A stretch of DNA of 41,359 bases from Catajapyx aquilonaris (GCA_000934665.2 JYFJ02003477.1:1-41359); one strand, 5' to 3'. Counted from the first letter of the stretch, positions 13,920 through 27,150 are shown. Notes: a model not told the origin generated them from the letters alone. Numbers and translations: made by a program.

Positions 13920-14460
13920 ATGAAGCGTCGTAGCCGCGGTAAAGCTCTGGCAGATGGAGATTCAGACGGGGGAGGAAGAGCCGCAGCTGCACTGCTAACA
14001 CATCAAAATCGCTTGCAGACATGTTTGCAGTCCACGATATTAGGCTACCCCGCAGGTCCTGGTTTCTTTTCTGGATTTTCGGCGTTTTCAGAAGAGCTCA
14101 AACGCCTGGGATCGGCAAACATCAAGTGCTCGAACATTTCATTACCAATTTGTTGGAGAGCAGGAGGACTGCAGTTTACGTCATAACAATATGCAATAAT
14201 GCAACTCAGCTATATACATTGAGGAACCATCTATACACCATTGTCCAAATTGTAGAGGATATCTTGTATGCAAAAAAGCAACTTAGTTCGTGGAACAGCG
14301 AAGATTTTAGAGACTCTTTCCAATTTATTCAGAGAATCGCGAGCCTTCTCATCAGTACGCGGAGTGTATTCATATCAAACAAGTACGTGTTCTAGAGCAG
14401 CTTTCAAATTCTGGGGTTCCCGCTAATAAAGCTGGAGCCAATTTGGAGCTACAAGCGTGA
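13920..14460 (+). mobile_element. Degenerate C-terminal zinc-knuckle/RLE region of a CRE-like non-LTR retrotransposon
   Basis: Across frameshifts: EH..., CWRAGG, LRHNN, IEEP and LVRG (~14130-14295). This follows the H..C..GG....RHN...EP...D(L)VRG order typical of RLE-type (CRE-like) elements. Confidence 0.4.
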
Positions 14461-14469
14461 AAAATCTAA

Positions 14470-15790
14470 TTTGAAGTGATGGTATACAGGAGTCTTGCAC
14501 TCAAGTCGTAACTTACTGCTGCTGACCAGTCGTTAAGTGTCTCCCAAACTGGAAACACAGAGTAGGACAAAATCGACATTTTAGAGCTGTAAGACATTGA
14601 AGAAGAAAAACTTTGGTGATTCACTACATCAGTAATTGCTACAGTGCCACGATGACCTTAAAATATTGCACACACCTGGTGAGTAGCAGGTTAAATAATA
14701 TTTCTTACTAAAAGGAAGGGTATGCCTATATATACGGGAAAGACTGTCATTTGTAACCTTGTTTGACTTACTGTTAACCGACAAAGAGAAAATAAAACGC
14801 ATTCAAGCGTACAATCTTCCGTGCAAAATTGTCCACGAAATTGAGAGGCAATGTCGAAAGAATAGTGCAGCGGAACTTCCATCGAAATGGAACAAGTGGC
14901 CTCCAGGTGACTGCTAAGTAGAAGGTACCAGAATAAGTGAATGGCCCATGAGAGTTGGTAATGCCAAAAATTGTCATTGGCCAATCCATCAGACATGGGA
15001 TGATGGTCTTTTATCACAGTACAGTACCGGTATATATTCTTACAGTACAATAAGTCTAACAGTTACAGGTAAAATTGGTAATGTCTCTGATACAACTTGC
15101 ACCAAGTATGATATGTTTTTAAAATTACTCACCTCTACTACATCAGTATGTTGGCCATGGCATCTTCAGTAGAACCCAATTGTGATATACTGTATAGTTC
15201 TGGAGCGTTGAGTAACCAATATCCGGTACGCCTGGAAAAATTTCTGAAGTTGACGTAACTTGAGTTGCGGTCATTGATCTAACTTTAGATGAGTTTTCAA
15301 CGCCAGGTTAAACCAATTAGATAATATGAATGGCATATACCTATACTTTATGACTAACAAGACACCCTATCCATTTGCATAATGATTTTAGGTACGTATG
15401 TTTGCACCAGCACTGAAGATGAGCTGTTCATAGATGATTTATCCTTTCTGGTATTGATTGTTGGCAAAAATAAACATGTATAAATCTTTAATCCATTGTC
15501 TACCTTCAGTGTTGGAATTGGGACTCAAGAGTGTGGTAACATAACATTATTAATAATATGATGATATTGTCAAAATGAGTGAGAATAAACTTGTAAATGA
15601 CGATGTGAATTAAACTGTGGTGAATTACCGTTAGTATATTGCAGCCTGAGGTCAGTACATCAATCCAGAAGTTTTTGAATAGAATAATGAGAAACTCTTA
15701 CAACAATCGGATCACACAAGGTTCATGTTTGATATCCTCAAATGAAGTGGCCTGAACAGGGACCTCGGGTTCATATTCAGGCCACTTGCA
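14470..15790 (-). mobile_element. Degenerate Ty3/Gypsy integrase region
   Basis: Minus-strand motifs in integrase order: IKD..F....QK (zinc-finger end, ~15450-15495), GYWLL, W....P/MANI (~15145-15180), HHPMSDGLA..FWHYQLSWAI (cf. YHPQSNGLVERFHRQLK.AI, ~14940-15005), FRGQF (cf. LPGEF, 14826-14840) and a TRSGR-like tail near 14500. Many stops; no LTRs seen. Confidence 0.6.
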
Positions 15791-16889
15791 ACAGTTTTTT
15801 TTTCTTTTTTAAACTTGTGAAACATACTTACCCTGTGAATTTCGAAATCATTTCTTATTACATTGTTGTAGCGAATGGTTTAACTTTCTCACGTAAAGTA
15901 ATCAATCAAATCTAGCTAATATGTACGGGTAGGAAAAATCGTGTTCCTTAAGGTGCCTTTTTGGGGCCATGTATGTACTGTACGAGTATACCTTATGTTA
16001 TAAAATGACAGTATTGTACTCTCGAACCCGTAAACGTATTATTCCTTTCCCACTTAAAACCTACAGAATTATCAATTGAAACTTGGCATAAGTTACTGCA
16101 ATTATCGCATATCCTGTGTCATAAGGTTCATCGGATTTTCATTGATTCCGCCATTGTTGATCGGCGGTAATTACAACCAGCCCCCCCCCCCGCTCTCTCT
16201 CTCTCCCCTTCTCTCTAGACCACCTACACGGCTACATACCCCTCAAGCCGCGCCACTGTCAACATATCTGCCCCATATTTTTAATGGCATCGTTTTATAC
16301 AGCGTTCAGGTGACATGTCCGATAGCTGGAACCATTATTTCTTGCCTTTGATGTGAAACTCTATAGTGTAAACAAAGTCGATTGTAAAATGAGAATTTCC
16401 GATGCGGAGGTTTCATCATTACTGCCTCCAAAATTATATCAGATGAACTTTTCATTCACTGTCATATGATTGTATGGCTTACCGTCATACAATCTACAAA
16501 GACTCAGGTAGACCTATTGTATTTTCAATGCGATGCGTCAATTTCAAAGTACTGCTGTTGTTCTTCGGATATATTTTCCCCTTTGAAGAAGTGTCACATG
16601 GTATGTATCATATTCCAATAAACGGGTAACAGTCAACATCCAGTTATTTTTTCCCGTTACTCGAATGCGGTTTGTAGGTTAACTCGCACTTCGCAGTGAG
16701 TCGTCAGAATTGCTCCTAATTAAATAGGAATTACTACGAGTGCCTTCATACGGACGCTGGAAAAAGAACTGGCAATAATAATTCTCTCTCAGCATACTGT
16801 TCCGGAGAAAGTAAATTAACATAGAATTTTTGCGAGAAATTTTAATAACAAGCCTCAGAGACAGGGAAATAAAAATACGGTATAGGCCT

Positions 16890-17543
16890 ACGCGTTGAGC
16901 TACAGTACTTTCAAGGCATTATTCTGCAACATCATAATTTACTACATCCGAAGAGGTGGATGTCACTGGGTTGAAAAGCACTCGCAAGAGCAGTAAGTTA
17001 CTATATTGGAAGGGTGTTAACATTTTGTTTCTCCCACTCACAAAAATACCAAGCTCAGAAGCAATGACCATGACTGCTTTCGAGGTACGAAAGGAGTATT
17101 CCAGGAGAGGTTCTGGAACGTACAGAATAACACTGTCACGTCTGCGAAAGGCTGTCCTGAGCAAGAGGCCCGGAAAAAGGCAACGACTCTTATGTCATTC
17201 ACAACAATGCCCGGAAGCATGTAGTGCCGGAGAAACTCACGACTTTCAGCTAGGGGTTCTTAAAACACTCGACCTTGCGCCCAGTGACTTCCACCTCTTC
17301 GGTTCTCTAAAAAACAAGCTCTCTCTCTGGAAAGAAGTTCTCATCGGAAGACGAGGTGAGAGCAGCGGTGCGGAGCGGCGCGGCGGTGGCTCCATCCATG
17401 CGCAAGGAACCGCCTGCAACGAGAGGAGCATTGAAAAACTTGTCATACGGCATAACAAGTGCATCAGTGTCTTCGCATGAGAACGTTCATTAACAGATGT
17501 GCACAACATTAAAACATTATATTGTTTGAGTTGACCTCCTGTA
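16890..17543 (+). mobile_element. mariner (DD34D-type) transposase relic, C-terminal half plus probable right TIR
   Basis: ORF 16956-17480 contains LSRLRKAVLSKRPG, DLAPSDFHLFGSLKNKL (from 17271) and IEKLVIRHNKCISV. HNNARKH (cf. HDNARPH) lies in another frame. The HPPYSP stretch is deleted. The element appears to end at gtttgagttgacctcctg|TA (17524-17543), which resembles a mariner TIR. Confidence 0.85.
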
Positions 17544-17657
17544 CAAAGAGCTGGCAAGTACTTTCTGATATAGTGAGTATAGTGTGTCCATAACAGTTTC
17601 TTCCAGCGTGGCATTATACCTTGTGTTTCAAAATTAAGCTTACATCCGCATGATGTA

Positions 17658-17801
17658 CTATCGGTCTCAATTAGATTCTGCCACTTTATCCTGGTCTTGA
17701 AGCAACCCTTCACACACACACACACCTCCTCACCGTTGGGCCTGTGCGAAGGGTTGCTTCAAATTCAGGATAAAGTGGCCGAAAGTAATTGAGACCGATA
17801 A
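17658..17801. mobile_element. Foldback MITE with TA flanks (Tc1/mariner-type), ~58-bp TIRs
   Basis: Left arm tatcggtctcaattagattctgccactttatcctggtcttgaagcaacccttcacaca matches the reverse complement of 17743-17800 with a few mismatches. TA lies at 17656-17657 and 17802-17803. The spacer contains (CA)n. Confidence 0.75.
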
Positions 17802-20800
17802 TACCTTGTTGGTCCCCTGGGGGGAGAAAAGGGAGAAAGGGGTGACGTAAGGGATGCGCTGGGGGAAATGCGCATTGGCAGGCTCAGAAGCGTTCGTGCA
17901 ATTTTCACATAGTATAAAGATAAGCTTAATTATCAAACACATGACATAGATCACATGTATGCAAAATTGTGGAAGTAGAGGAGTCGCTCTATAGTCTATA
18001 CAGGATACCTGTCTCAAGTAATTTTTACAGTCAGAGAAACTTATGTGGAAAAAAAATTCAAGGCAGTACGATATGGTGTACCAAGGAAGGTGAGATAAAA
18101 TATAATAAGCCAGTAGCAGTGACCAAACTGTCAATAATAAATAATGCCACAATGTGCTTCAAGCAACAGCACGAACCATATATGGTGCCTATTCATAAAC
18201 AGATGTCAGAAATGCCAAAAATTGAAAAGCATATTTTTCTTCAATATTACTGTACCTTCCTGTATTTAGAAACTGCATGACGAAGGCCGAATACCGCCCT
18301 GACTCATGTCAATATATATCTACATATATCACATGAACAACTGCATGATTTTGCAACCACGCTGCACCACCTCTCTCAAATTGGATGGAAAAAAATCAGG
18401 ATATAGAGGAATATTAGTCCCTACCATTCTCGTCAGCGATAATAATTCTTCGTGCACAAACTAGAGCAGGACCCGATGGAAAAGTGAGGGAAGTGGTCGA
18501 GTCCGGGCGAGTAACCAACGCGAAAACGCACTTGTGAGGCCGTGGAGCAGAAGAACTCTCCAGTCCTCTTGGAATCTGCGCTGGGGATAGGAATTGGCGC
18601 TTCAACCCCCATAAACGAGAGGCGGGACCCCGTGCATTGGTTGCCAAATTGGAGAGCGCTTTTGGCCACAATTAAAGCACCTCTTAAAGCGTCGCCAGAT
18701 CTTTTGGAGGGGGGGGGGGACGCGACCTCTCCCCCTAGCAACCTCTCCTTCCTCCAAAATCTCTTCCCTAGGAAAAGCCAAATCAGATCGATTTTGGGGC
18801 CTCTCAACTCCGGGGGCCAAATGTTTGCTTGTCACAATGCGAAATTATTGCCGCTCGTTCTCCGCCCGCTTTTGTTTGTATTTGATAATTCGGATAAATG
18901 GCACGGAATAACAGAGGGCAATGAAGGAACCGAACCTGTCACATTTCGAGGGACTGGAGATGACTATTTTTTCCCCCCGATTTTGCTTCCAAACGGTAGC
19001 GTCGTAGCGAGCAGGTTTTGAAAATATATTTTAGAATAAGCTTACTTCTAATACTAGGGGAACAAAACACTGCATGTATATAACACTGTACAATTATAAC
19101 ATATAACGTATCATGAGCCTAAACCTAGTTGGACAATATTCCTTTGTACCGTTAAATCATACGTCTGCCTTTCACGACTCGGGTAATCCAAACCACACAT
19201 TGCAACATTAGTCTTCCTGTAATGCACATCCTTCCTATACGTTTTCAGGCAGTAGAGCCACCAAATGGCTTATTACTGTAATGCAAAGTGGTGGGTACAG
19301 GCTGCGGACGGATTAAGTCTCCCGACTCCCCGGGCTAAACCGTGTATCACAGACGCCTTTCCAGTTGACACAGGCCCTGAAGCTCTAATCCTATCTCCAC
19401 CGCACTCAATTTCCACTCGGAAAACCCGACCTCCCCTTATATTACTCGGATAGCTTCATCTTCGACATTCTGAAATCTTGCCAGAATATTGGCTTCGGAG
19501 TAATTTTATAAAGAACTTTTTCTTATACTTTCCTGGGCCGCATCTCTTGTTCCACATAAACAACTTCGCCTTGCTGTTACCGACAATTATCGATTCCCAT
19601 TTCCGGAAGGGATTTGGCTCAAGCCCTTTCTCGGACACTCTGCTTGCCGAGGATTTTCTCTACTGGAAGTAAACATGACGCTTCCTTCTGTAAAACAAGC
19701 CAGCCCATTACTTACTGCAAAGGAGGCTTCGCTAGTAAGTATAGTAACTAACTAGTAAGTTTATGCGTAAGATGTTATCAAGAATTTATTTAGACAGAAT
19801 TCACAACAAGATACATAAAATGAACCGATCATGAACCACCATAACTTTATTCTGCCTTATTTTTACTGATTCATTGCTGGCTTATGTAAAACCTTTTCTC
19901 TCCATCTACATAAATGAGATTTGCACTCCTTACATATCGTTGTGCATATTTACTTTCAAGTTTAAATCAAGATTTCTACTCGCTGCGGAAATACTGTGCC
20001 TGAGTCTTCCATGCCAATACCCATTTGATGGTTGCGTGCTGCTTGAATGCCTCTTACTTTGCTAATAACAAGCTAGTATAGGATATAAGTTAACAAATTG
20101 TCACTTGACGTTTCAAAATGCGTCAATCAAAATTTACACAATTGTTATATAAGTAGTTACAGTCGAAAATATGTATTTACAATATAACTCCGAACTGGAT
20201 GTAATGTAGGGCACTTTCTTCATTTAAAAATAAAGGCCAGCTGATTCTTATCCTTGGTAAGATTAATTGAAAAGGTACGAATAATACATGTATAGAAAAA
20301 CAATATTGGAAATATGCTGCATTTCGCAAATTCAACGGCATATGCACGAGCACCTGTCTCTGTGTTTTTGTTCAGAGAAAAGTTGTCAAAATTATTATCA
20401 ACCACCTTCGAGGACTTTCTCTCTATATTATAGCTGCCGTTGTTGTGAATAATATTGCAATATACAGTACATATTATTTTGACGCTTCCCGAACAAACTC
20501 CGTTGGTATGTATGCAAATTTATTCCTGTTCATAGTGCCGCAACATACTTCTGCATTGCGATAAATAAATAAATAATTTGATAGCGAGATTATTTCGCAT
20601 GTGAATGGCATAGTGTTGTGCAATCATGATCATTACAGCGTATAATACTGTAGTAGTTATTCATATGCGGTGTACACTACAATATGATTGTCATACACGT
20701 CAGTTATTGGTAAATAACTGTTGGTTATAAATAGTCATATTAAGGTTATCCAGTTGTCCTATTATAATCTAAGAAGACAAGCTATAGCCAACCATTGGCG

Positions 20801-23800
20801 AAGTTGCAAAATATATGCACAATATTAATAACAATAGCCTGGCTGGGCTACGGTTCACATACTCATTATGTATAAAATATCGCACACAAATATTCAACAT
20901 TTAAAAATGGCATTTTTACCTAGAGCATGTAAAATTTTGTAGCGTATAGTTTTTTCCCTTGATCGATGATTGAACATCCAATCACGGCAAAGAAATTGCG
21001 ACAGTCTGCATTTTCACTGTGACAACACACTATAGGGTGAACCAAAAGCTTCAAAATATTCTGCACACATGCAATATTTTCCCACAAAAGAAATTAATCC
21101 TCTCCGTCATCACTGAAAGATATCAGACTCTGTGATATCATTACACATTTTTGGAGGCCTGCAATAGATTTGAAGGCTTTCGGCGGGAGACGTTGTATCT
21201 TCCGTGACTAGGCACATGAATTTCCGGGTTTTCATCGGCCTCCCCTTCCCCATTGTTTGGAGAATGGTGCTCCACTTCACCCTGAACGCCATAAACTGCC
21301 TGCTGGAGATCACAGGTCAGTGCCGCAAGCCTTTGGCATTGTTCCTGCAAGATTTGTGAGTCTGGACTCCAGCCTTACACTTTCCTCACCACGGTGAAAA
21401 GAAGAAATATGGACCCATCTGGGACCCTCCTCTCACTCTCAAAAAGGGGGAGGCTTATCCTATAGGGATATAACGGCTCTTACCACTATCCCCCGGATAT
21501 TTTTTGTCAATAGCAACAGCTGGTAGTTACGTCTCTTGAATGATAAACAACCGTATTTACCAAGCCTATAAGGTGAATTTTTGATGCACAACTTTACATC
21601 CAAAATTGGTTTACGGTTAGTTGATTAATTAATTTTTAGGTAACAACAAATTCGGTCTTTTATCAGAGCAGGTGATACTTAACTTCATATGCTTCTTAGA
21701 GCCGATCCTTTGCTGAAACCCCATTATATATCTGAATGCAGCCCACAGCACCCACCGCGATAACACTAAAGGTGATGAAGCTCAGAAAGAAGCGAAGTTG
21801 TCATATATCATGCCATGCTCAGAGGGAGGAAAGTTCACTACATACTTTAAAAATGGGTTGCATAATCTCAAACCAAGTTTTACATCCGCCACCATCTTGA
21901 CAATATATTAACGATCTTTTGGAGGGGGAATAACATACATACTAATCCCATTATCACTACTTGAATGGTTGAGTGAGGTGTTGGTTGCATGCTGGCGAGC
22001 AATTTGGAGAGGCAATGCCAACCGCATTTATCACGGTGGGAAATCATTTATTATTCCCCGCCGCCCACTTGATGGAAAAAGACTTGGCGTCGGGCGGGCC
22101 CTGGCGTAAAGTACCTTTCTCTGTTGATATGTCACCGGGTTTCAAGACCCTTAAACCCTCGCACTAATTGGTGCAGAACTCGACTTGACACTTGCGTGCT
22201 ACACCTCCGGCCAAATTAATCCCAGGTTTGAGTTTAACAGGTTTTCCACTCAATAAATGGACAGATTTCTAAAAAAAAATTATTGGAAAGTTGGATGGTC
22301 AAATTTCCGAACTCGTATTTGTAACGTTGGAAAACTGCTGAATGTACAGTCGATTCTCAGCCGTTTATATATTTGATGAAGTGCAAATTCCCATAGCGTT
22401 CAAGCCGGATTCGGAATGTAGGCAAGGCTACAAAATAAATCTTGGAATCGGTGGTGCAGGTGTGGACGTCCCTAAACACAGTTGTTTCAACTGAATATAA
22501 TATACAACATGCGTGCTGAATACAGTTTATCGCCTTCAATAATGCATCGCTCCTAGCGCATATAAGATACACGTACGGGTTACAATCATGCGAATGACGC
22601 ATTTGCATGCGCGTGTGCTTCTCGGACAAGCCCATTTTTACAAGGGTTGTTAAGGGCGCAAAAGTGCACAATGAATCATTTTCGGTAGCGCAATATTTTC
22701 CCTCCCATGTTTTTCCAGGAACTCCCTGAAAATGTGTCTCATTATGTATACTGCTGATGTATGCTTCGACCTCTGCTCCCAAGTGATAATCAATTTCTAG
22801 TGTTTTGGTAATAAACTCTACTCTTATGTGAGGTCCTAGAAAACCGCAATAGATTTCCTGGGGACTATACAAACGTCGGCCATTTGAAATAGAGAGCAAT
22901 TCCAACGTTGGCATGCTTACACTAGCGGAAATAAAACGGTCGCTATGCTCCATTTTTATAGCGCGCAAGCGATCGGTTTATGGTCTGGGTGGCAAGGTGC
23001 TGTTGGAATATAAAAAGGCAGATATCTAGGATCGTATTATTCCTTGTAATCACGCAGTCTGTGTGCTTTCAATGCGCTTGATAAATAGATCCTAAATTCT
23101 TAATCAACGTGGTAGTTTTTTTTCCTGTTTCACAGACTGAGAGTCAAGGTCAGACGCCGAATCAGACACACGACCTTTGATAACTCCCAAAGTTTCGGCC
23201 CAAATCAAGTCACGCACACTTGAGAAATCTGATACCGAGTCTTTCGGAGTTGAAAAGTGTGGCGTGACGAATTGAAGTAGCCCAGCATTCCAACTGGGAG
23301 GACATTTTTTTTGTCAAATTAACCGGAGTGTTCAGCGATTATTCTGCGCACCGCTGCTCCACCATTGTTAAAAAATAATGATGTTGCCGTAGGCAGGGGA
23401 CTCGGACTCAAAAGGTTCATCTGCACTGAAACTAACTGGAGCGCCAGGAATGCTGTCAATTAAAAGTTTCGAAATTGAATAATTAAATTGGTGAAATTTC
23501 TGGGATGCCCCCTGGTGTCCCACAGGGAAGGATAATTGGGACAGTCCGCCATCCCCTCCTAGCTATCAAACAGCACTTGTCCATTAATTTTCACTTATGG
23601 ACGGATTATTGTTAACCGCACGACCATGCTGCTCAAACCACTTGGTGCACACTGATATGGCCAGAGTTGTCCATTGATCTATTTAAAGCATTGTATGATG
23701 CAATCCCACTCAAATAATATCAGCTCTTTTCTGCATAGAATGGCAGCGATTGCGGAACCGTTTTACAATTTTGTGTGTGTGTATGTTTCACGTTTCGATT

Positions 23801-24775
23801 TCTTGGGGCAGCATATAATAGCTGTTTTTTGGGGTGATTAAAAATTGAAACAATACAGTTCATCCTTCTGTGCCACTCCAACCGTTAATTAACTATTCCT
23901 TAATATACTGTACATGCAGTTTGAGTATTTGAAAAATGGATATTTTTTGTTCGTTGCGTATAAGAGGGGAAGGATCGTTATCAGTAAACAAGCTTCCCTA
24001 AATTGTGCGCGTGTTTATATCCGCTGCTGTCTTTCACGGCTCTTCCCTCGAGCGCATTAACAATTGTGTTATGTAAATTCTTCAAAATTATTCCTCTATT
24101 CCGTAACTCCTGCCTAAAACTTTCCACTTGAGGAAAGTTTCAACGGCACCAGGCATATATATCAAAAATTGACTCCTAAAGCCTCAGGTACACGCGGGAA
24201 CCAAGTAATAACTTATTGTTAATACATATCGAAGTCGATGCCCGTAGCAATTAATTTTCATGAAACCGGCAACAAACAGGCGTCTTACACCTGATATGTA
24301 TGAACCTATAACTACTGAGCGCGATAGCATCATAATTTAGTAAGCCTATGGAAGATGTATTGCTTCCGAAGCTCATTTATTACCTCTGATGCACAGTATG
24401 TAGCGAGCTGTGCACAAATTTTGATAACTTATTAGATTTGATTGACTCATCACAGGCTCGTGACTGTCAATATAAATCTTTTAAAAATCATCCTACCAAG
24501 CCTACATTAAGTGAAGTAGAGCATACAAGTTTTATGAAGGACCCTGAAAAATAACGGCTTTGGCATCAGAAAATATGAAGGCAATAACTTTCTGAATGAC
24601 CAATTAGAAGTCGTGACGTAACAAGGCACGCCCAAAATGATAACACCGATTTCTTAGGGTGGTCCGAAAATGACGTCACGACGGATTTTGATCACTGCAG
24701 ATTTCCATGGTGGCAGTCACGCTAGCACGACGGTGACACGTGCTTTAAATCTATGCCATAAAACTGCCTGACGTT

Positions 24776-24860
24776 TATAGTAAGAAAAGGCTCCTTGCCT
24801 CCAACTCTCATGACAATAATTGTCATGAGAGTTGGAGGCAAGGAGCCTTTTCTTACTATA
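24776..24860. repeat. Perfect 85-bp palindrome (42-bp arms, 1-nt centre), probable minimal MITE
   Basis: tatagtaagaaaaggctccttgcctccaactctcatgacaat-a-attgtcatgagagttggaggcaaggagccttttcttactata. No mismatches; begins and ends with TA. Confidence 0.95.
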
Positions 24861-24994
24861 TATTATCAAACCTTGCAGGTAGAATGTTGAAATACTGTAC
24901 ACCTTGCCTCGTTGCATGAGTTGCAGAATCCTTGCCCTCTCTTTACCCTATAGAGTAGGCTTTCTAAGGAACAGTATAAGCCGTTAGCAAAAGA

Positions 24995-25365
24995 AATGTC
25001 GTGATGATCTTACTCCAATATGACTGTACAGTACATGTTGGCTTAGTTAGTTCATTAGAAAGTACCCAATCAGCAGGGACACAAAAGGAGAAAATCTCCA
25101 GTATATTAACAATGGGTATAGAAATGTATGCAATGGCCCGCTCAAGTCAGTCTCCTTCAAGGTACTTGCTGGTAAATCCGGAAGCTGTGTAGAATTTTCA
25201 TCAATATGACGGCACTTGTGAATGAACAAGTGCATGAAAAATATTCGCGAGCTACTCCTCTTTACATTTTACGCAGTTGTCCATTTCACAATGATACTGT
25301 ACGGATTCTTCACAACCTGATGAGTTAGCCATTGAGGCCGGGGAAGAGAGACATCCTGTAACTGC
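24995..25365 (+). mobile_element. Degenerate Tc1-like transposase C-terminal fragment
   Basis: ILLQYDCTVH (cf. IFQQDNAP.H, ~25007-25036), QWPAQ (cf. WPAQSPDLN, ~25131-25145) and AIEAGEE (cf. AVI.AKGG, ~25328-25350) appear in the right order. Confidence 0.35.
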
Positions 25366-26379
25366 CAAGAATGAGTGGCAGTGTCATTAATATTTGCACA
25401 CAAAACTTTGTTCGCCTAATGCTTCTATATACTTAACTACAGGATGATTTCAGAGTGGCCTTCAGACAGAGCTGTCCACAAAGAGCCTGGAAAACTGGTT
25501 AAGTGGATATGTTATGAGACAGGATGGACCATGAATTACGAGGACACAATACCACCATGACATTTTCAACCTCCTATCTGGAGCCAACTCTCACATTTTT
25601 TGCTAGCATTGGGCAGATAAAATCGTAAGCACTTTCGAACTTCATATAGCTACACTATTTTCTGTGCCATCACTGACGCTCTTATGACGCGGCATATACT
25701 TCAGCATTTGCTCGAGGAAAATATGGTAAAATCTTCAAAAGCCATTGTTGGCTAGTCATGATTATAAAGCCAGTCTGAATTCGCGTGGAACATATCGAAT
25801 ACCGAGTAATTAAAGTATAATATGCTACAGTATAGTATGTCAAAAAAAAAAGTTTTGAACAAACGCACTACCTGTCAAAAAAGTTTGGCTAAAAGCATCT
25901 AGGCGTGATACAACCATCAGCATCCACCCATGACAAATGACATGCTCACAATTAACTAAGAACCGCTCCTGTGTACTCTTTAATATAAAATAAACCCTTT
26001 GTTTTGATCCCTTACCAAATATGCCACAGGGAGAATTTACCGAAATATGAGCTCCACACACAACGTGCGCAAAAAAGCAGAAAATGAGGGCGTGATACGT
26101 GAAGTGATCCTTTTTTCAGCAGGGGCCTTTGTTTAAGCAGCTCCACAGACCATGCCGTGATGTCACTCTTAGTAGAGGACTCTGGAGCCACATAAAGCTA
26201 GCTACCAACGCTTGCAATCTACGCTGTGAACCCATCCGGATGCCCCGGAGATAGAAACGGGTTGTGCACTCTTTAAACAAACCTCCCCTCTAAGCTTTCG
26301 CTACAAACATGTGGACATTAGGGCTTTCCTCCTCGTGTCGCTATCCTGGACAGGCCCCTCCAAGTCACGTGATACAAAG

Positions 26380-27150
26380 ACGCAATACCAGGTCAATATA
26401 TCCGAAGTGGGTTTGAACAACAGAGCAGAATGATTGAGAGCTAATATCGCGAAGGATTCCGTTGGGAATGTGTGCTGGGGGTATGATGAAAGTAATTCCA
26501 CCTTGTCCAAGAGGCTAAGATCACGTCATTGAAACCGACATACAGCCCTGCAGCTATCCACATGCAGGTGCTGCGAGCGAGGAAAAATGCTCCTGGACTC
26601 ACTTAACGGTGCGGTAACTTTGATTTCCCTGGAGACCTACAAGCCTTCCGGAAGCAAAACCCAAAAAAGCTGGAGCTGCCCAACAGGCAAAGGTTTTTAA
26701 TTGCGATTTTCCGGAGGCTACTGCATGATCAGTAAGCGACATACGTCAAAGTTTACATATCAGAAAAAAAACGAGTTTGGCATGCAGCAGCGAGCGCAAG
26801 TGATTTTCATAGGCTCAAAGTGACACATGTCAGGGTCTGACGGGTTCCAAAGTGATGCTTTTCAGGAAAATATTCCATCAATCGTCTCTTCAGTGAGGTT
26901 GCACAACGTTGATGTAGGAGAGAATCAATAAGCAGGTGTCGCCCAGGGATAAAAAGAGCTAGAAGAAAATTCTTGATGCTCCTTCTAGTATTCATGCCGT
27001 GGAAGCAATCGTCAGCGACATGTGCTAGGATACAGCTCAAAGATCCTTCAATCCATCACTAGATTGAATTCTCGCTTGTCCCAAAAAGGGATGGCTGGAC
27101 GATTTTGTCGCACTTGAAACGCCATGCACAAAATCCTGGGTCCAGCTTAG
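26380..27150 (-). mobile_element. Degenerate piggyBac-like transposase fragment
   Basis: Minus strand: PFFG..MD*RIFE/ILAHVADD (cf. P.F...MSR.RF..I..LH..DN), then NFLLALFIPGRHLLIDSLL..ATSLK..EYFPEKHHFG (cf. NF...PG..L.IDESL...GR.S.KQY.P.K.H..G) in ORF 26807-27040, and LLDK near 26505. Confidence 0.55.

Noticed and set aside
18414..19021. Several overlapping ORFs up to 159 aa
   Set aside because: Explained by local GC richness and a poly-G run; no protein motif.
21551..21582. ccgtatttaccaagcctataag, resembling a pogo-type TIR
   Set aside because: No partner end or flanking TA found.
22357..22968. Longest ORF (203 aa, minus strand)
   Set aside because: No recognisable domain, a non-ATG start in the ORF track, and random-looking composition. 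Not supportable as a gene without expression data.
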